Source of the DNA: Octopus sinensis
Taxonomy: Eukaryota
Direction of reading: 5' to 3'
NCBI RefSeq assembly: GCF_006345805.1
Contig: NC_043006.1
Coordinates: 67,828,001-67,892,000, forward strand
Length of the DNA stretch: 64,000 nt
Shown: positions 23,225 to 36,449 of the stretch, in pieces
Layout: the number at the start of each line of letters is the position of its first letter
Numbering within the stretch: position 1 is the first letter of the stretch
Translations under genes and position numbers: made by a program
Notes under the pieces: model-generated
Seen by the model: only the letters and a program-made list of their open reading frames with translations
Databases searched by the model: none
Told to the model about the DNA's origin: nothing

Positions 23225-23590
23225 CCCAAATGGATCAACATGCGGCACTCCGTCGGTTACAACGACGAGGGTTCCAGTTGACCCGTGAAATTAACGTGCA
23301 TGGGGTTGAGCACTCCACAGACACGTGTACGCTTAACGTAGTTCTCGGGGAGATTCAGCGTGACACAGAGTGTGACAAGGCTGAACCTTTGAAGTACAGG
23401 TACAACAGAAACAGGAAGAAAAAGTGAGAGAAACTTGTGGTGAAAGAGTACAACAGGGTTCGCCATCACCCACTGCCGGAGCCTCGTGGAACTTTAGATG
23501 TTTTTGCTCAATAAACACTCACAACGCCCGGTCTAGTAATCGAAACCGCGATCCTGCGTCTTAACCACTGGGCCATTGCGCCTCCACGGT
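23225..23590 (-). mobile_element. tRNA-derived SINE (third family)
   Basis: Head ggaggcgcaatggcccagtggttaagacgcaggatcgcggtttcgatt with A and B boxes. Confidence 0.75.
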
Positions 23591-23711
23591 TAACATATAG
23601 CATGAATTGATTATCGCTGTTCCCACTTTCTCCTATTTTTTCTTTTAATTTTATTTACTTTTCTGCTCTGACGAAGTTACGGGATTAAAATTGATATAAT
23701 AATAATAATAA

Positions 23712-23760
<49 letters not shown>

Positions 23761-24752
23761 CATGGAAACACCTAATAAACATGAAGAAGAAGAAGAAGAA
23801 GAAAAAGATGATGAAGAAACAACAAAAGCTATAAAACAAATGAAATCCAAACTAAAAATAGAACAGCAACGAACCACGATAAAACGATGGCAAGAAAAGC
23901 CCCTCCATGGTAAATACTGCACTAAACTAAACGCAAAAGAAATAGACAAAGAAAAATCCCAGCAATGGTTGAGAAGCTCAGGACTCAAAGCAGAAACAGA
24001 GGGATTTTTAATTGCAGCACAAGACCAAAGCCTCCCCACCAGAAATTACCAAAAACATGTAATGAAAAGAAATATTACAAGTAACTGCAGAATATGTGGA
24101 GATGGACAAGAAACAATAAATCATATTATCTCTAGCTGCCCAGTCCTGGCTAAGAAGGAATATATTCACAGACATGACAGAGTTGGAACCTACATACATT
24201 GGAAGCTATGCCAACATTATGGAATAACAACAGAAAAAAGATGGTATAGGCACACACCAGAAAAGGTCACAGAAAACGAGAAAGCAACCATACTCTGGGA
24301 TATGCCGATACACACAGATAGAGAAATTAAGGCCACAGACCAGATATAGTTGTCAGAGATCATGAAGAAAAAAAATGCTTTCTAATTGATGTATCAATAC
24401 CGGCAGATGACAACGTGTCTCTAAAAGAAATGGAGAAACCCTCAAAATACAAAGACCTGGAAATAGAGGTAACTAGAATGTGGAATCTGAAAACAGAAAC
24501 AATTCCTATCATAGTAGGTGCATTAGGCATGATAAAAAAATATTCAGATAAATACATAACAAAAACACCAGGACTTACAAACACATATAACATACAGAAA
24601 ATTGCACTACTAGGCACTGCACACATCCTACGCAGAACACTTTCCATACAATAACCATCAGAGCATCACAACAAATCACAGCACATACCCAAGGCACACA
24701 GAGCTGTGCTCGGTAGTGAAGTGAAAGCACGCTATAAAAATAAAACTACTGA
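23761..24752 (+). mobile_element. R4/Dong-clade non-LTR retrotransposon, 5'-truncated (zinc knuckle and RLE)
   Basis: WQEKPLHG...CRICGDGQETINHIISSC...RHDRV...RPDIV...IDVSIP...KYKDL...ALLGTAHILRR; one frameshift near 24340; (AAT)n on both sides. Confidence 0.9.
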
Positions 24753-24889
24753 ATAATAATAATAATAATAATTAATAATGGTTTAAAATTTTGGCACAAG
24801 GCCAGCAATTTGGGGGGGGGGTGAAGTTGATTATATCAACCCCAGTGCTCAACTGGTACTTATTTTATCAACCCAAAAGGTATTGACCA

Positions 24890-25810
24890 CATTTGGATGG
24901 TGCTTTTTATGTGCCACTTGCACAGGAGCCAGTCAAGGTGAGGGCACTGGCATTGACCACATTTGGATGGTGCTTTTTATATGCTACCGGCACAGGAGCC
25001 AGTCAGGGCGAGGGGGCTGGCGGATGGTACTTTTTATGTGCCACCAGCATGGGGAGCCTGTCAGGCGACACTGGCAACGACCCACGCATGAATGGTGCTT
25101 ATTGCATGCCACCAGCATGGGAGCCAATCAGGCGACACTGGCATCAGCCACAACTACAATTTCCATTTGATTGTGGTTTGATTTGATTTTGATTTTGATG
25201 TACATGATTCAATAGGTCTTCTCAAGCACGACATGTTGCCTGATGATCCAAAGGTACTTTTTAAATGAGCTGGTTATGCGCCACTAGTGTAGGCTATGGC
25301 TGTGATCCCACTTTACTTGCCAGATCTTTTCAGTCACAGCATATCTCCAGAGGTCTTGATCTTTCATCATTGCCTCTGTGAGGCCCAGTGTTCAAAGGTC
25401 ATGCTTCACCACCTCATCCCATGTCTTCCTGGGTCTCCCTCTACCACGGGTTCCTTTCACTGTTTGGGAGTGACACTTCTTCACACAGCTCTCCTCATCC
25501 ATCTGTAGTACATGACCATACCAGCACAGTCGTCTATCTTGCACACCACATCCAATGCTTCTTTTGTCCAACATTTCTCTCAGGGTGCTTACACTCTGTC
25601 GTGTGTGCACACTGACATTACTTATCCAGATCATGCTAGCTTCATTTCTTTCAAGCCTATGCATGTCTTCAGCAGTCACGGCCCATGTTTCACTGCCGTG
25701 AAGCATGGCAGTTCGCACACATGCATTGTACAATCTACCTTTCAGTCTGAGCGAGAGGCCCTTTGCTCCCAGGAGAGGTAGGAGCTCTTTGAACTTTGCC
25801 CAGGCTATTC
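24890..25810 (-). mobile_element. RTE-type LINE 3' end (RT C-terminus and tail)
   Basis: KGRLYNACVRTAMLHGSETW...RRLCWYGHV...RGRGRPRKTW. Confidence 0.9.
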
Positions 25811-25824
25811 TTATTCTAGTGACG

Positions 25825-26052
25825 ATAATAATAATTCTTTCTACTGGAAGCACAAGGCCTTAAATTTGGGGTAAGAGATTAAGTTGATTACATCAACCCC
25901 AGTGTATAACTAGTATTTATTTAATCAACCTCGAAAGGATGAAAGGCAAAGTTGACCTCGGTGGAATTTGAAGTTAGAACATAGCAGCAAATGAAATACT
26001 GCTAAGCATTTCAACGCGCATGCTAGTGAGTCTGTCAGCTTCTCGCCTTAAC
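25825..26052 (-). mobile_element. SINE family B with (TAA)n tail
   Basis: Reverse-strand match to the family. Confidence 0.8.
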
Positions 26053-26074
26053 AATAATAATAATTATAATAATT

Positions 26075-26625
26075 AATGCCCTGATGCAGTACCAGGCAGT
26101 GGTTCTCATGGCTTCTGATCTTAACTGATTGTAAGTGTTATCATATACATGTTTTGTCTTGGTATAAAATATGGGCTACAGCAAATATTCTGCTCAATAC
26201 CACAGATTTGCTTGTCAGTTGTTTGACCATAGCCTGTTGAGCATGTCCCTTAGTGGCTGACAATATATGCATCTCTGATCACATGCAGGAGTAGCAGGGG
26301 AGCATCAAAGCCATGTGTTGAGAAGAATCTTTTGGAGTTTGAATAATTCAACATGGGTGTTTCATTCATCATCCTTAAACAAACCTTATTCAGGGACTTT
26401 TGAGCAGGATGGGCTATTTGACCTGAAGAAAATTCTAACTGGGCCCCACCTGCAAGGTCATCAGCTGCTTAACTTGATGAGATCAACACGTTGCACAAAC
26501 ATGGTTGTAATGCATGTGCCTGATGAACCCTTATCAAACAAGCAGTCATGAAGGGTATATTAGGCTTCATATATTTGACCCCCAATGTCACTTTGATGAG
26601 ATGCATTGCTCTCTCACTCAATAGT
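26075..26625. mobile_element. ~540-bp non-coding interspersed element flanked by (TAA)n
   Basis: Higher-complexity block bounded on both sides by TAA runs; no ORF; family not named. Confidence 0.4.
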
Positions 26626-26839
26626 AATAATAATAATAATCCTTTCTACTATAAGCAGAAGGCTTGAAATTTTGGGTGAACTGGTACTTATTTTATCGAT
26701 CCCAAAAGGATGAAAGACGAAGTGGAATTTGAATAAATAAAATCAGAAAAATTGCTGCTAACCATTTTGTTCAGCATGCTAATGATTCTCCCAAGTCACC
26801 ACCTTTATAACAACAACAACAACAACAATAATAATAATA

Positions 26840-27951
26840 CAGACTGTAAGACACTTCAGCAAAGATATAGGTATGGAATTTGGCATACATAAGTGTGCAA
26901 TACTAGTCATGAGAGGTGGCCAAGTAGTCAACAGCGAAGGCATCCAATTACCAAATGGTCAGACATTAAAATCAACAAAAGAAGGAGTGAGTTATAAGCA
27001 TCTAGGAGTTTTAGAATCTGACAGAGTACTAATTACAGAAATGAAAACAAAATTTGAGAGGTACATTATAAGGGTGAGGAAGCTAGTCAAAGTTGAATGG
27101 TCCGAATTTAGTGAAGGCTGTAAATACTTGGGCAGTATCTTTACTTAGATATTCAGTGGCTTTTGTAGATTGGATAAAAACTGAATTAGCAAAGCTAGAC
27201 AGAAGAACTAGGAAGGAACTTAATATGAATGGAGGACTCCAGCCAAGGGCAGTAGTAGCAAGATTATATCTACCTAGAAAAGAAGGTGGAAGAGGATTAA
27301 TATCAGTAAAAGACTGCATGGAGTTAGCTAAAGTAGATATAGACTCCTATGTAGGTAATAGTGAAGAAAGTTTATTAAAAGCTGCTAGTCACAGCAAGAC
27401 ATATGGAAAGCAAAACACCAAATGAACTTAAAAACCAGAAAAAAAGAACAAAAAATCTCACTGAGAAGAGAAGGCATTGCATGGTAGATTCCCAAAGATA
27501 GTTTCAGCAAATAGTAGTGATGGAACATGGTTATGGCTGCAGAAAGGAAAGCTGGAGAGGGGGACAGAAAGTTTGTTAGTAGCTGCATAGGATCAAGTAT
27601 TAAGGACTAATTGGATACAAGCCAAAATAGACAAAAACCAACTAGATTCCCTATGTAGATTATGCAAATCAAAAGAAGAAAGCATTACTCATATAGTAAG
27701 TGAATGTAACATGCTGGCACAGAAAGAATACAAGAAAAACATGACACTCTAGTCAGTGCAATCCAGCGATAGCTATGTAGAAAACTAGGATTTGAACATA
27801 CTGATAAATGGTATGAACAAGAACCTAGTAAAGTACTAGAAAGTAAGAAATATAAGAAGTGGGAATTCAACATTCAGACTGACAGAGTGTTATCATGTAC
27901 ATGTGTTATCACATATATGTGTTATCACGTACAGCTAGAAGGCCTGATTTG

Positions 27952-28000
<49 letters not shown>

Positions 28001-28370
28001 ATAAAGAGAATAGAAAGTGCCAGATAATTGACTTTATGGTCCCAAATGATGAAAAAATTAATATGAGAAGTATAGAAAAGAATGGCAAAGTACCAGGACC
28101 TAGCTATTGAATTACAGAGACTATGGAAAGTGTGGATAAAATATATTCCAGTAGTTATAAGTACATTGGGAACTATCCCTAGATCTGAAGAGATGGACAG
28201 AGGAATAGGCATAAAACCCAGTTTCGTACAGCTGCAGGAAACAGTGTTATCAGGGACAGCTAGGATACTTAGGAAGGCTCTTGGCATCTAAGGCTACTTG
28301 TTGTAGCCTGATGTTAGGATTCTTTTCTTTTCCAACAGTCTAATCTGTTGAGTGTATATGAATGATAATA
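26840..28370 (+). mobile_element. Second, older R4/Dong-clade element (RT C-terminus to RLE)
   Basis: MEFGIHKCAIL...YKHLGV; NLVKAVNTWAV...RLYLPRKEGGRGL; RPDLV...IDF...KYQDL...TARILRKAL; many stops and frameshifts; begins after (CAA)n(TAA)n. Confidence 0.85.
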
Positions 28371-28374
28371 ATAT

Positions 28375-29030
28375 TTTGTTTCAAATTTTGGCACAAGGCC
28401 AGTAAGTTTAGGGTGAGGGTAAATTGATTACGTCAAGCCCGGGATGAAAGGCAAAGTCAACCTAAATGGCATTTGAACTAGACCATACAGATGGATGAAA
28501 TGCCGCTAGGTATTTTTCCTGGATTGCTAATGACTCTACCTGTTTGCTGCCTTAATAATAATAATAATCTTTTCTACTATAGGTACAAGGCCTGAAATTT
28601 TGGGGGAAGGGAATAGCCAGTTACATCACCCCCAGTGTTCCACTAGTCCTTAATTTATCGACCCTAAAAGGATAAAAGGCATAGTTGACCTTGGCAGAAT
28701 TTAAACTCAGAACATAGTGGTAGACGAAATACTGTAAGCACTTTGCCCAGTGTGCTTATGATTCTGCCAGCTCACCAGCTTCTCAACAACAACAACGACG
28801 ACGACGACGACAGCAGCAGCAGCAGCAACAACAACAACAACAATCCTTTTTATCATAGGTACAAGACCTGAAATTTTGTGGGAGGAGCCTAGTCAATTAC
28901 AACAATCCCAGTGTTCAGCTGGTGCTTATCTTATTAATTCTAAAAGAATGAAAGGATTTGAACTCAGAACATAAAGGCAGACAAAAGAATTTTGTCCAAT
29001 ATGCTAACAATTCTCCCAGTTCACTGCCTT
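28375..29030 (-). mobile_element. Three stacked SINE family B copies with trinucleotide tails
   Basis: Repeated ggcacaaggcc...gatgaaaggcaaagtc...; tails (TAA)n, compound CAA/GAC/CAG and (CAT)n. Confidence 0.75.
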
Positions 29031-29404
29031 CATCATCATCATCATCATCATCATCATCTGAAGTGCAATATCTGCTTCTTTTGGATATATTGCATTCATT
29101 CTAAGAATTATTTTAATATTTTATTTTGTTTCCATATTGTTGTTCTTTAGTCAAAGATATAATGTCAGGGAATATCAGAATAGATAACACCTGGCAGCTT
29201 CATCAATTTTATTATATTTTATCCATGCCATAAGAGAAGTGTTTCTCTCCTGTATATTTTGAATTGCCTCTTATTTACTTTACTTAAGTAAAGTAAATCA
29301 ATATTTGAGCTATATTGAAAGACGGATCACAGTACACTGACCTATCATGCACTTTTATCATAAATAAAGATGTTACAGCCTTGTATTTGTGTCATTCTTT
29401 ATGT

Positions 29405-29760
29405 GAAGGCAAATGGCTCAGTGGTTAGAGCATCAAGATTATAATCATGAGGTAGTGAGATCGATTCTTAGACTGGACTGTGTGTTGTGTCCTTGAGCAA
29501 GACACTTCATTTCACACTGTTCCAGTTCACTCATCTGTAGAAATGAGTTGCAACATCACTGGTGCCGAGCTGTATCGACCTTTGCCTTTCCTTTGCAGAA
29601 CATCAGTTGCATGGAAAGGAGAGGTATGCATGAGCGACTGCTGGTCTTCCATAAAAAACCTTGCATGGACTTGTGTCTCGGAGGGTAACTTTCTAGGTGC
29701 AATCCCATGGTCATTTATGACCGAAGGGGGTCATTACCCTCAACTGTCATTCTTTACATA
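29405..29760 (+). mobile_element. CORE-type tRNA-derived SINE
   Basis: tggctcagtggttagagc head; gtgtccttgagcaagacacttcatttc...ctcatctgtagaaatg resembles the CORE domain. Confidence 0.75.
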
Positions 29761-30300
29761 TATAACTGAAGATGATATATTTCAAAGAGTTTATTGAAGG
29801 TTTAAGTAAACCAAAAGATATTCTGGGGATTTCTGCTTCAATGTGATTAATATATTTTGTTCTTATTTTTGATCATTTTATAAAACTAAAACTCCCACTT
29901 CTCTCTTTCTCTCTTTGATACTTCAGTTTATTGTTTCCAAGAATTTTTGTCAATTTTCAAGAAATACACACACACACACATCCACTCACAGCCACTTAGT
30001 TCACTTTTACCTTCTGCATATCATTCATCGTCCTTTCTCTCTTCCCATATGATTCTGTCTCACACTTTCACTTTTCAAACAGACCTCTGCCTTTCACACA
30101 GATCAAATGTGAAAGTTACAGACTGAAAATAAAGATAGGCATACTCTTGTACAGTGGTTCTTCACATTTTTACAACCATGCCTCCTCTAGGAATTTGTCT
30201 TGTTTTCCATGCCCCACTTTGTATCTATGAATAAAATTTCCTTTGAGATTTTAAATAAAATCTAAAATATGAATTAGCCACATTATACAAAATATGTATA

Positions 30301-31450
30301 ATCTATAATATAAAATCCATTCTGTCTGTGTGTCTGTCTGTGTATATGTCTTCTAGGATCTCAGGTATCCTCCATCCGATTGTGCTCAAATTTGATATGT
30401 AGATAACGACAGTATCAGGGGGTGTATAAGTCTTGAAAAAATTTCAAAGATCGATTCCAGGTGAGAATGTGATCGATAAAGCTGTTTTTGTCCTGCTTAT
30501 CTTCCGTCAACCTGTACATAACTGCACCTTCCATTTTTTGTTGTTTTTGTACTGCTTAAAGGCACGTTTCTTTCCTGCCAAGCTTACTGTTTAAACCATG
30601 TTTGTGTTCTCCCAGTCAACAGCCTTATCATTACTGGTACTTTCAACTCTTCGGTTGCATATTTGTGTGAATAAAATCGTTTTTCTTTGGAATAGAAAAA
30701 AAGTCCATCTTTATTTCTTCTTTTGCTGGTGTCTCAAATTTAGGTTAAATCAGTGTTTCTCAAAGGGGAGGCCTATGGGACAATTGGACAAGTTGGTTTG
30801 AGAAAATTTGGTTTAAATGTTTGACAACTCAGCACCATCCATTGGATGGGGGCGTTTTGCTCATCTATAATATAAATCCCATTCTGTCTGTGTGTGTGTA
30901 AAAGATTATAACAGCCGTATTTTTCAACTGATTTCCTCCAAACTGGGAACACACATTACTTATGTTCAGGGATGGTTTTAGACTCTTTAAATTTTTCCCA
31001 TAAATTTGCCTAGGGGCAAAAAACACCCATTCCTGGGTTAGGGAGAGAAGGGAGGTAACTCTTTGCGAAGTAACTTTCAGAATTGATTGTTTTCCTTATA
31101 TCCATAGGTTATTAAAAAGAAAAAAATATTGCTTTTATATTAGATTCACATATTTACTTCTGGTTTCCTAGTGTCAGTGATATGTATATCTCTCTGTCTA
31201 TTTCTCTTTATCCATCTCTCTCTGTCTATCTCTATCTCTATATATCTCTCTATCTCTATCATCATCCTCAATATTTATCTATCTCTCTGTATCTATATGT
31301 CTCTATTTTGTCTATCTATATCTATCTTATTTGTCTAACTAGATAGCTCTCTCTATATCTCATTCTCTATTGCTTTCACTTTAAGTTCAATCGCTATTGT
31401 TTTCAATCGCTATTTACAAACAACAACAATAAATTACTGACTGAAAGAAG
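30301..31450 (+). mobile_element. Non-autonomous Helitron 5' fragments (two TC starts)
   Basis: atctataatataaaatccattctgtctgtg at about 30301 and atctataatataaatcccattctgtctgtg at about 30863; no clear 3' CTAG hairpin. Confidence 0.5.
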
Positions 31451-31619
31451 TTCACAATTACTGATGAAAGTTATTTCATACATAATTTACTGACAGAAGT
31501 AACTTCATAAATTTCACTTCAATCCGTACACTTTGTTAAATTTGCCTACAAATTTCTTATTTACTTTTGCAACATTTTGTGTTTTTCGTTTTTGTTTTTT
31601 TCTTCTTTTTTTTTTGAGA

Positions 31620-32300
31620 CTAACCATCTTCGTCCAATAGCATTACGGCAACCTCCATCTTTGTCGCCGCCATCATGTCCTTCTTAACATTGTCAACATC
31701 TCTCTACATACACAGCTCAGCAAGCAATTCACACAAGTTCCAACACTTCACCGTTTGTGAATTATCTCACCATGGATCAACAGCGAACTCCTGTACAAGT
31801 GACCCAGGCAGTAGTATTACAGCCAAGACTTCACATACAATATGTACCTGTAACTGGGTCAGCATTATGGCCACTAGTTCTTGATACAGTATTTCAACTA
31901 CTGTGTACTATTGACTACGAACTGGTATTTTTCATCTTTCTTCTGTCTATGAACTTACTTCTCACTTCAATAACTATTAGTATATTATTATAAGAGATTA
32001 CAACTGTCATAAGAGATAGCACCTTTTTACTTTACCAGATTCAGTAACTGACATGTGACCTATATTGCCTGATGTTTTCAATAATCCCAGCAGCTATTTC
32101 TGCTTATCAGATGATTTCTTTGTCTTCAACCCCTCACTAACCTTACTTATCAACACTGATGTCAACTGAAGCCTCAGTTGGTTCCACTTAAGAAAGTCCC
32201 TTACCCATTTTTTATTCAATTTTCTTATAGCAAAACTTTTCAATATCTTTCTTTTCACTATAGCTGGGTTACTGCCGCACTGTAATGTCTTCAGACATAT
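31620..32300 (+). mobile_element. Highly decayed gypsy gag C-terminus/protease remnant
   Basis: LLINTDVN*SL resembles the protease DTG region, preceded by gag-like Q/P-rich frames; many stops. Confidence 0.35.
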
Positions 32301-33224
32301 ATTTTCCCAATTTTTGTTAGTATGAACACTCTACTTTGCATAACAGACATGATATTAAAGGTTAACATTCAAACTTCTGTCAAATGTAATGCTTGTTTAT
32401 TCACATTGATATGAACTAGTTATACTTTATCTTGTAGCTTTGAGATTTCAGTCACATTGTAGTGAGTCAAAAAAAGAGTTATTAGATCACTGTGGCATAG
32501 TTTAGTTGTACTGTGGCAGATTCCAGCCAGCCAGAGCTGGAGGCGTATGTGTAAAACGGCAGTGATCTGCCTTAACAACAGAACTCACTACAGCAGAGAA
32601 GCAGCAGTTTCAAGCCTGTTGTGATTTGATGACATAGAAGCAACATCGCTTTCTTCGACATGTCACATTTTCTTTGTCCACCACCTCATTTGATTAATCA
32701 ACTCATTTGATTAATATCAGCTTCCACTCTGCTTCATATAAACCTCAGTGTATATAATAATATTTTTGTAGAACAATGCTGAGCAAAGGTAAACTAAAAT
32801 TGTGCAGGCTGTCATATCAAAGCTGTCTATTGTTTTTATTTCAAAGAGGAACCACTGGTGGTATTCTTCACATAATGACTTCATTTATTTTCTTCTAAAC
32901 CACATGGATGCATTTTGTTTCAATATGGCAGCCAATCTTCTTCTTCACACATAAACCCGTGGTGCCTTATGCATGTACGACCGGTGCCCAATACACATGT
33001 TTCACCTCTCTTCAGCTTAATTTTTTTCCTGCTTGCCACCATTGGTGTAAAATTTGATCTTGCTTTGTCTTGGATTTGTTTTATGATTATTTGAAAGGAA
33101 AATAAAACAAAACACACTGAGAACTAATATATCTTTTTATTGCCATATTAGTGATTTCTTTTCTTTGAGAACTGTGCTCACCACATTTTATTAGTTCGTA
33201 TGTTCTACATTTCTTGGCTGGTAT

Positions 33225-33560
33225 GAATTACTCTTCCTTACCAGCATTCACTGGTGATGCAAGAGTTTGGTTCGTGTAAATGGAGGCATATATTGCAACC
33301 AACAGCATTAGATTGGAGCAGCAACAGCTATACATTTTGTCAAGCACCACTCCTTCTTCCTTGGCAGTTCATTTGAGAGATCTAACTACAGACATACGGC
33401 AAGATGCTACATATTTATCTATAAAGCATGAAGTCCTCCGTCAGACATCTCTATCAGTGGAGAAACAAACTTGAACACAATACATATAGGAGACATTCCT
33501 TCCAACTTACATTAGTGACTCACACATGTAAGAAGAAATACTTTCAAACATGACAGTCTT
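33225..33560 (+). mobile_element. Gypsy gag N-terminal remnant
   Basis: LPAFTGDARVWFV*MEAYIATNSI...LRDL...YLSIKHEVLRQTSLS resembles the LPxF...WF.Q.E gag family. Confidence 0.6.
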
Positions 33561-33899
33561 CAACAAAATATAGACTGGCATATAAAACTGCTTTCTACAG
33601 TTGAAAGTAATGGAATTTTGAGTGAATATATCTGATTTTAACAGTAAAAGGATTAATAAATCTTTCAGCTTCTTAGATTGAGTAAACCTTGATTTATAAC
33701 TTACTTTACATCCTGCACTTTGTGAATGAAAATGGTACCATTGAGTATAAGTTTCTCATTTACCTGTATTTATGATGGTAAGATTGTGAATGGGAAGTCT
33801 AAACAACTCAGACAGAATATATGCTTCAAGATATTTTTGTTTGAAAGCACCACTTTATCACTCTGCTCAATAATATGTACATTTTCTACTGACATGCAA

Positions 33900-33930
<31 letters not shown>

Positions 33931-33959
33931 AAGGTATACTATTAATTTAGAATTTTGTT

Positions 33960-34330
33960 ACAAGCTAGATGTTTTCCATCAAAGATGCTTGAGATGGATT
34001 CGGAGAATGTGCTGGCGAAACCACTTAACCAATGAACATGTTCTGAAGAGGGCCAACACAAAACTCACTTAAAATCATCATGGAATGAAGATTGAAAGTA
34101 GCAGGTCATATTTCAGTCACCAGAACAATGCTGTTCTAAAACAGTATTCAAATGGACACTACGAGAGGGAAAGGAAGAGCAGTAGGTCAAACGCTACATG
34201 ACACAGAATATTCACAACTAACATGAGAAAGGCCAGTACTGCATGGGTAGATGTAGAGAAAACTCCAACAAAAAGAAGCCAGTGGTGTCAACATGCTGCC
34301 CAATGCACTCAAGAGCACCTGAAAAACTTA
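33960..34330 (+). mobile_element. RTE-type LINE 3' remnant
   Basis: Decayed RT C-terminus (EHVLKRANTK; LKWKVAGHI; REGKGRA). Confidence 0.55.
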
Positions 34331-34687
34331 TACAGATATACCTGGAAGTCATGCTCAACAAAACTAATAATAAAACAAAAGATAAAATACAAGGTGAGAG
34401 ACAATTATGAAGATAAAATAAATAAGTTCTTCAACCATAACAAACAAGTGTAGATATAATTAAATAAAAAAAAAAATAGATCAAGTGGACATGACAAAAT
34501 ATATCCAGTTTGGAGGTATTAGATTACAAATACTTTCAAAGCATACCGACAATACATTCCAGGTTATTCAAGTTACAACCCTGTGGAAGAAGTCAAAGCA
34601 AACTGGAAAGTAACATGCCAGAAGTTATTATGGAGTCATAAAAATAGACAAACATGACTTACACATTTATAACTTGCTGTGGCAAAT

Positions 34688-34749
<62 letters not shown>

Positions 34750-34750
<1 letters not shown>

Positions 34751-35040
34751 GTGTATATATGTATATGTATATATAACGGGAAGCTTTATGAAAATAAACA
34801 AAAGACGAAGGCAGGTGGAAAACAAACGAACAATTGTATTAGTATGGCGCTCAGGAAATATAAATAAAACAAGTCTTTAACGTTTCGAGCCTACGCTCTT
34901 CAACAGAAAGATACACAGAGAGAGAAAAACACAGAAAGAAGGAGAGAAAAAAAATGCGTGCAGTAGCTAACGAATCAACATGGCGATCTGATTTCGGCCA
35001 GAGGTCAAAGATCAAACATGAGACGCGAGAGTGAAATAAA
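34750..35040 (-). mobile_element. Short PLE-derived element carrying a minimal hammerhead
   Basis: Related modules at about 35510-35700, 59190-59420 and 60900-61020. Confidence 0.55.
34874..34911 (-). ncRNA. Minimal type I hammerhead motif with variant core
   Basis: tcttt-CTGTTGA-A-GAGC(gtag)GCTC-GAA-ACGT-T-aaaga: stem I 5 bp, stem II 4 bp, palindromic helix III. Confidence 0.55.
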
Positions 35041-35713
35041 GGGGAGATAATAGGGTTGATAAAAGGGTTGAGGGACCAGCTAAAAGTGCGTGGGAGGGGT
35101 CTGGATGTGTGTATGTATAGGGTTGGTGTATGTATTAGTATGTATAAGGGTGTGTGTGTGTGTGTGTGTGTGTATGAGAGAGTATTAGTGCGTAGGATTG
35201 GTCTGGACGTGCGTATGTATGGGGTTGGTGTATGTATTAGTATGTATTAGTATGTATTAGTACGTATTGGTATGTATAGGTGTGTGTGTGTGTGAGAGAG
35301 TATAAGTGCGTATGCGAGGTCTGGACGTGTGTATGTATAGGGTTGGTGTAAGTATTAGTATGTACTAGTATGTATTAGTACGTATTAGTATGTATTAGTT
35401 GGTGTGTGTATTAGTATGGCACATCATATGTGATGTGATGTGTAAAGTCATGTGGTGTAGTGAGGAGAAGAGGGGGAGGGGGAGAAGATGTATATATATA
35501 TATAAAGTTAATCCAAACAAGAAAACAAAAAGACAACAACGCAAGGATGTGGAACAAATAAAGTATTATTGGACGCTCAGGAAAGAAAGGAAGAAGGAGG
35601 GTATGATGCTTTGAGCGGAGCTCTTCGTCGGAAACATAGGAGAAAGAAAGATTCCGAGACGGGAGGACAGGAAAAAAAATTGCAGGTGGTCTTCACGAGG
35701 TCACATACTATAT

Positions 35714-35762
<49 letters not shown>

Positions 35763-35766
<4 letters not shown>

Positions 35767-36187
35767 TCTTTACTCTCTCTTTTACTCTTTTACTTGTTTC
35801 AGTCATGTGACTGTGGCCATGCTGGAGCACCGCCTTTAGTCGATCAAATTGACCCCAGGACTTATTCTTTGGAAGCCTAGTACTTATTTTATCGGTCTCT
35901 TTTTTGCCGAACCGCTAAGTTACAGGGACATAAACACACCAGCATCGGTTGTCAAGCGATGTTGGGAGGACAAACACAGACACACAAACACGCACATACA
36001 CATATATATATATATATACATATATACGACGGGCTTCTTTCAGTTTCTGTCTACCAAATCCACTCACAAGGCTTTGGTCGGCCCGAGGCTATAGTAGAAG
36101 ACACTTGCCCAAGGTACCACGCTGTGGGACTGAACCCGGAACCATGTGGTTTGTAAGCAAGCTACTTACCACACAGCCACTCCTAAG
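35763..36187 (-). mobile_element. SINE family A
   Basis: Full-length copy. Confidence 0.85.
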
Positions 36188-36341
36188 CCTATATATATAT
36201 AATTTAAATAATGAGGGAGATAAATTGAATATTAATTTAATTAATATTCTTTACTTGTAGTTAGATGTAGTTAGATCTTCTTCTAGCATATTGGTTATCA
36301 ACCTAGTGGTTTATCCCTAAATATACACGCACACATATATT

Positions 36342-36400
<59 letters not shown>

Positions 36401-36414
36401 GTATATGTGTGTAT

Positions 36415-36449
<35 letters not shown>

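Noticed and set aside
32920-33117. Terminal coding exon (IIIKQIQDK...DWLPY*)
   Set aside because: The pyrimidine tract ends in CAA rather than AG, and the segment lies between gypsy remnants.
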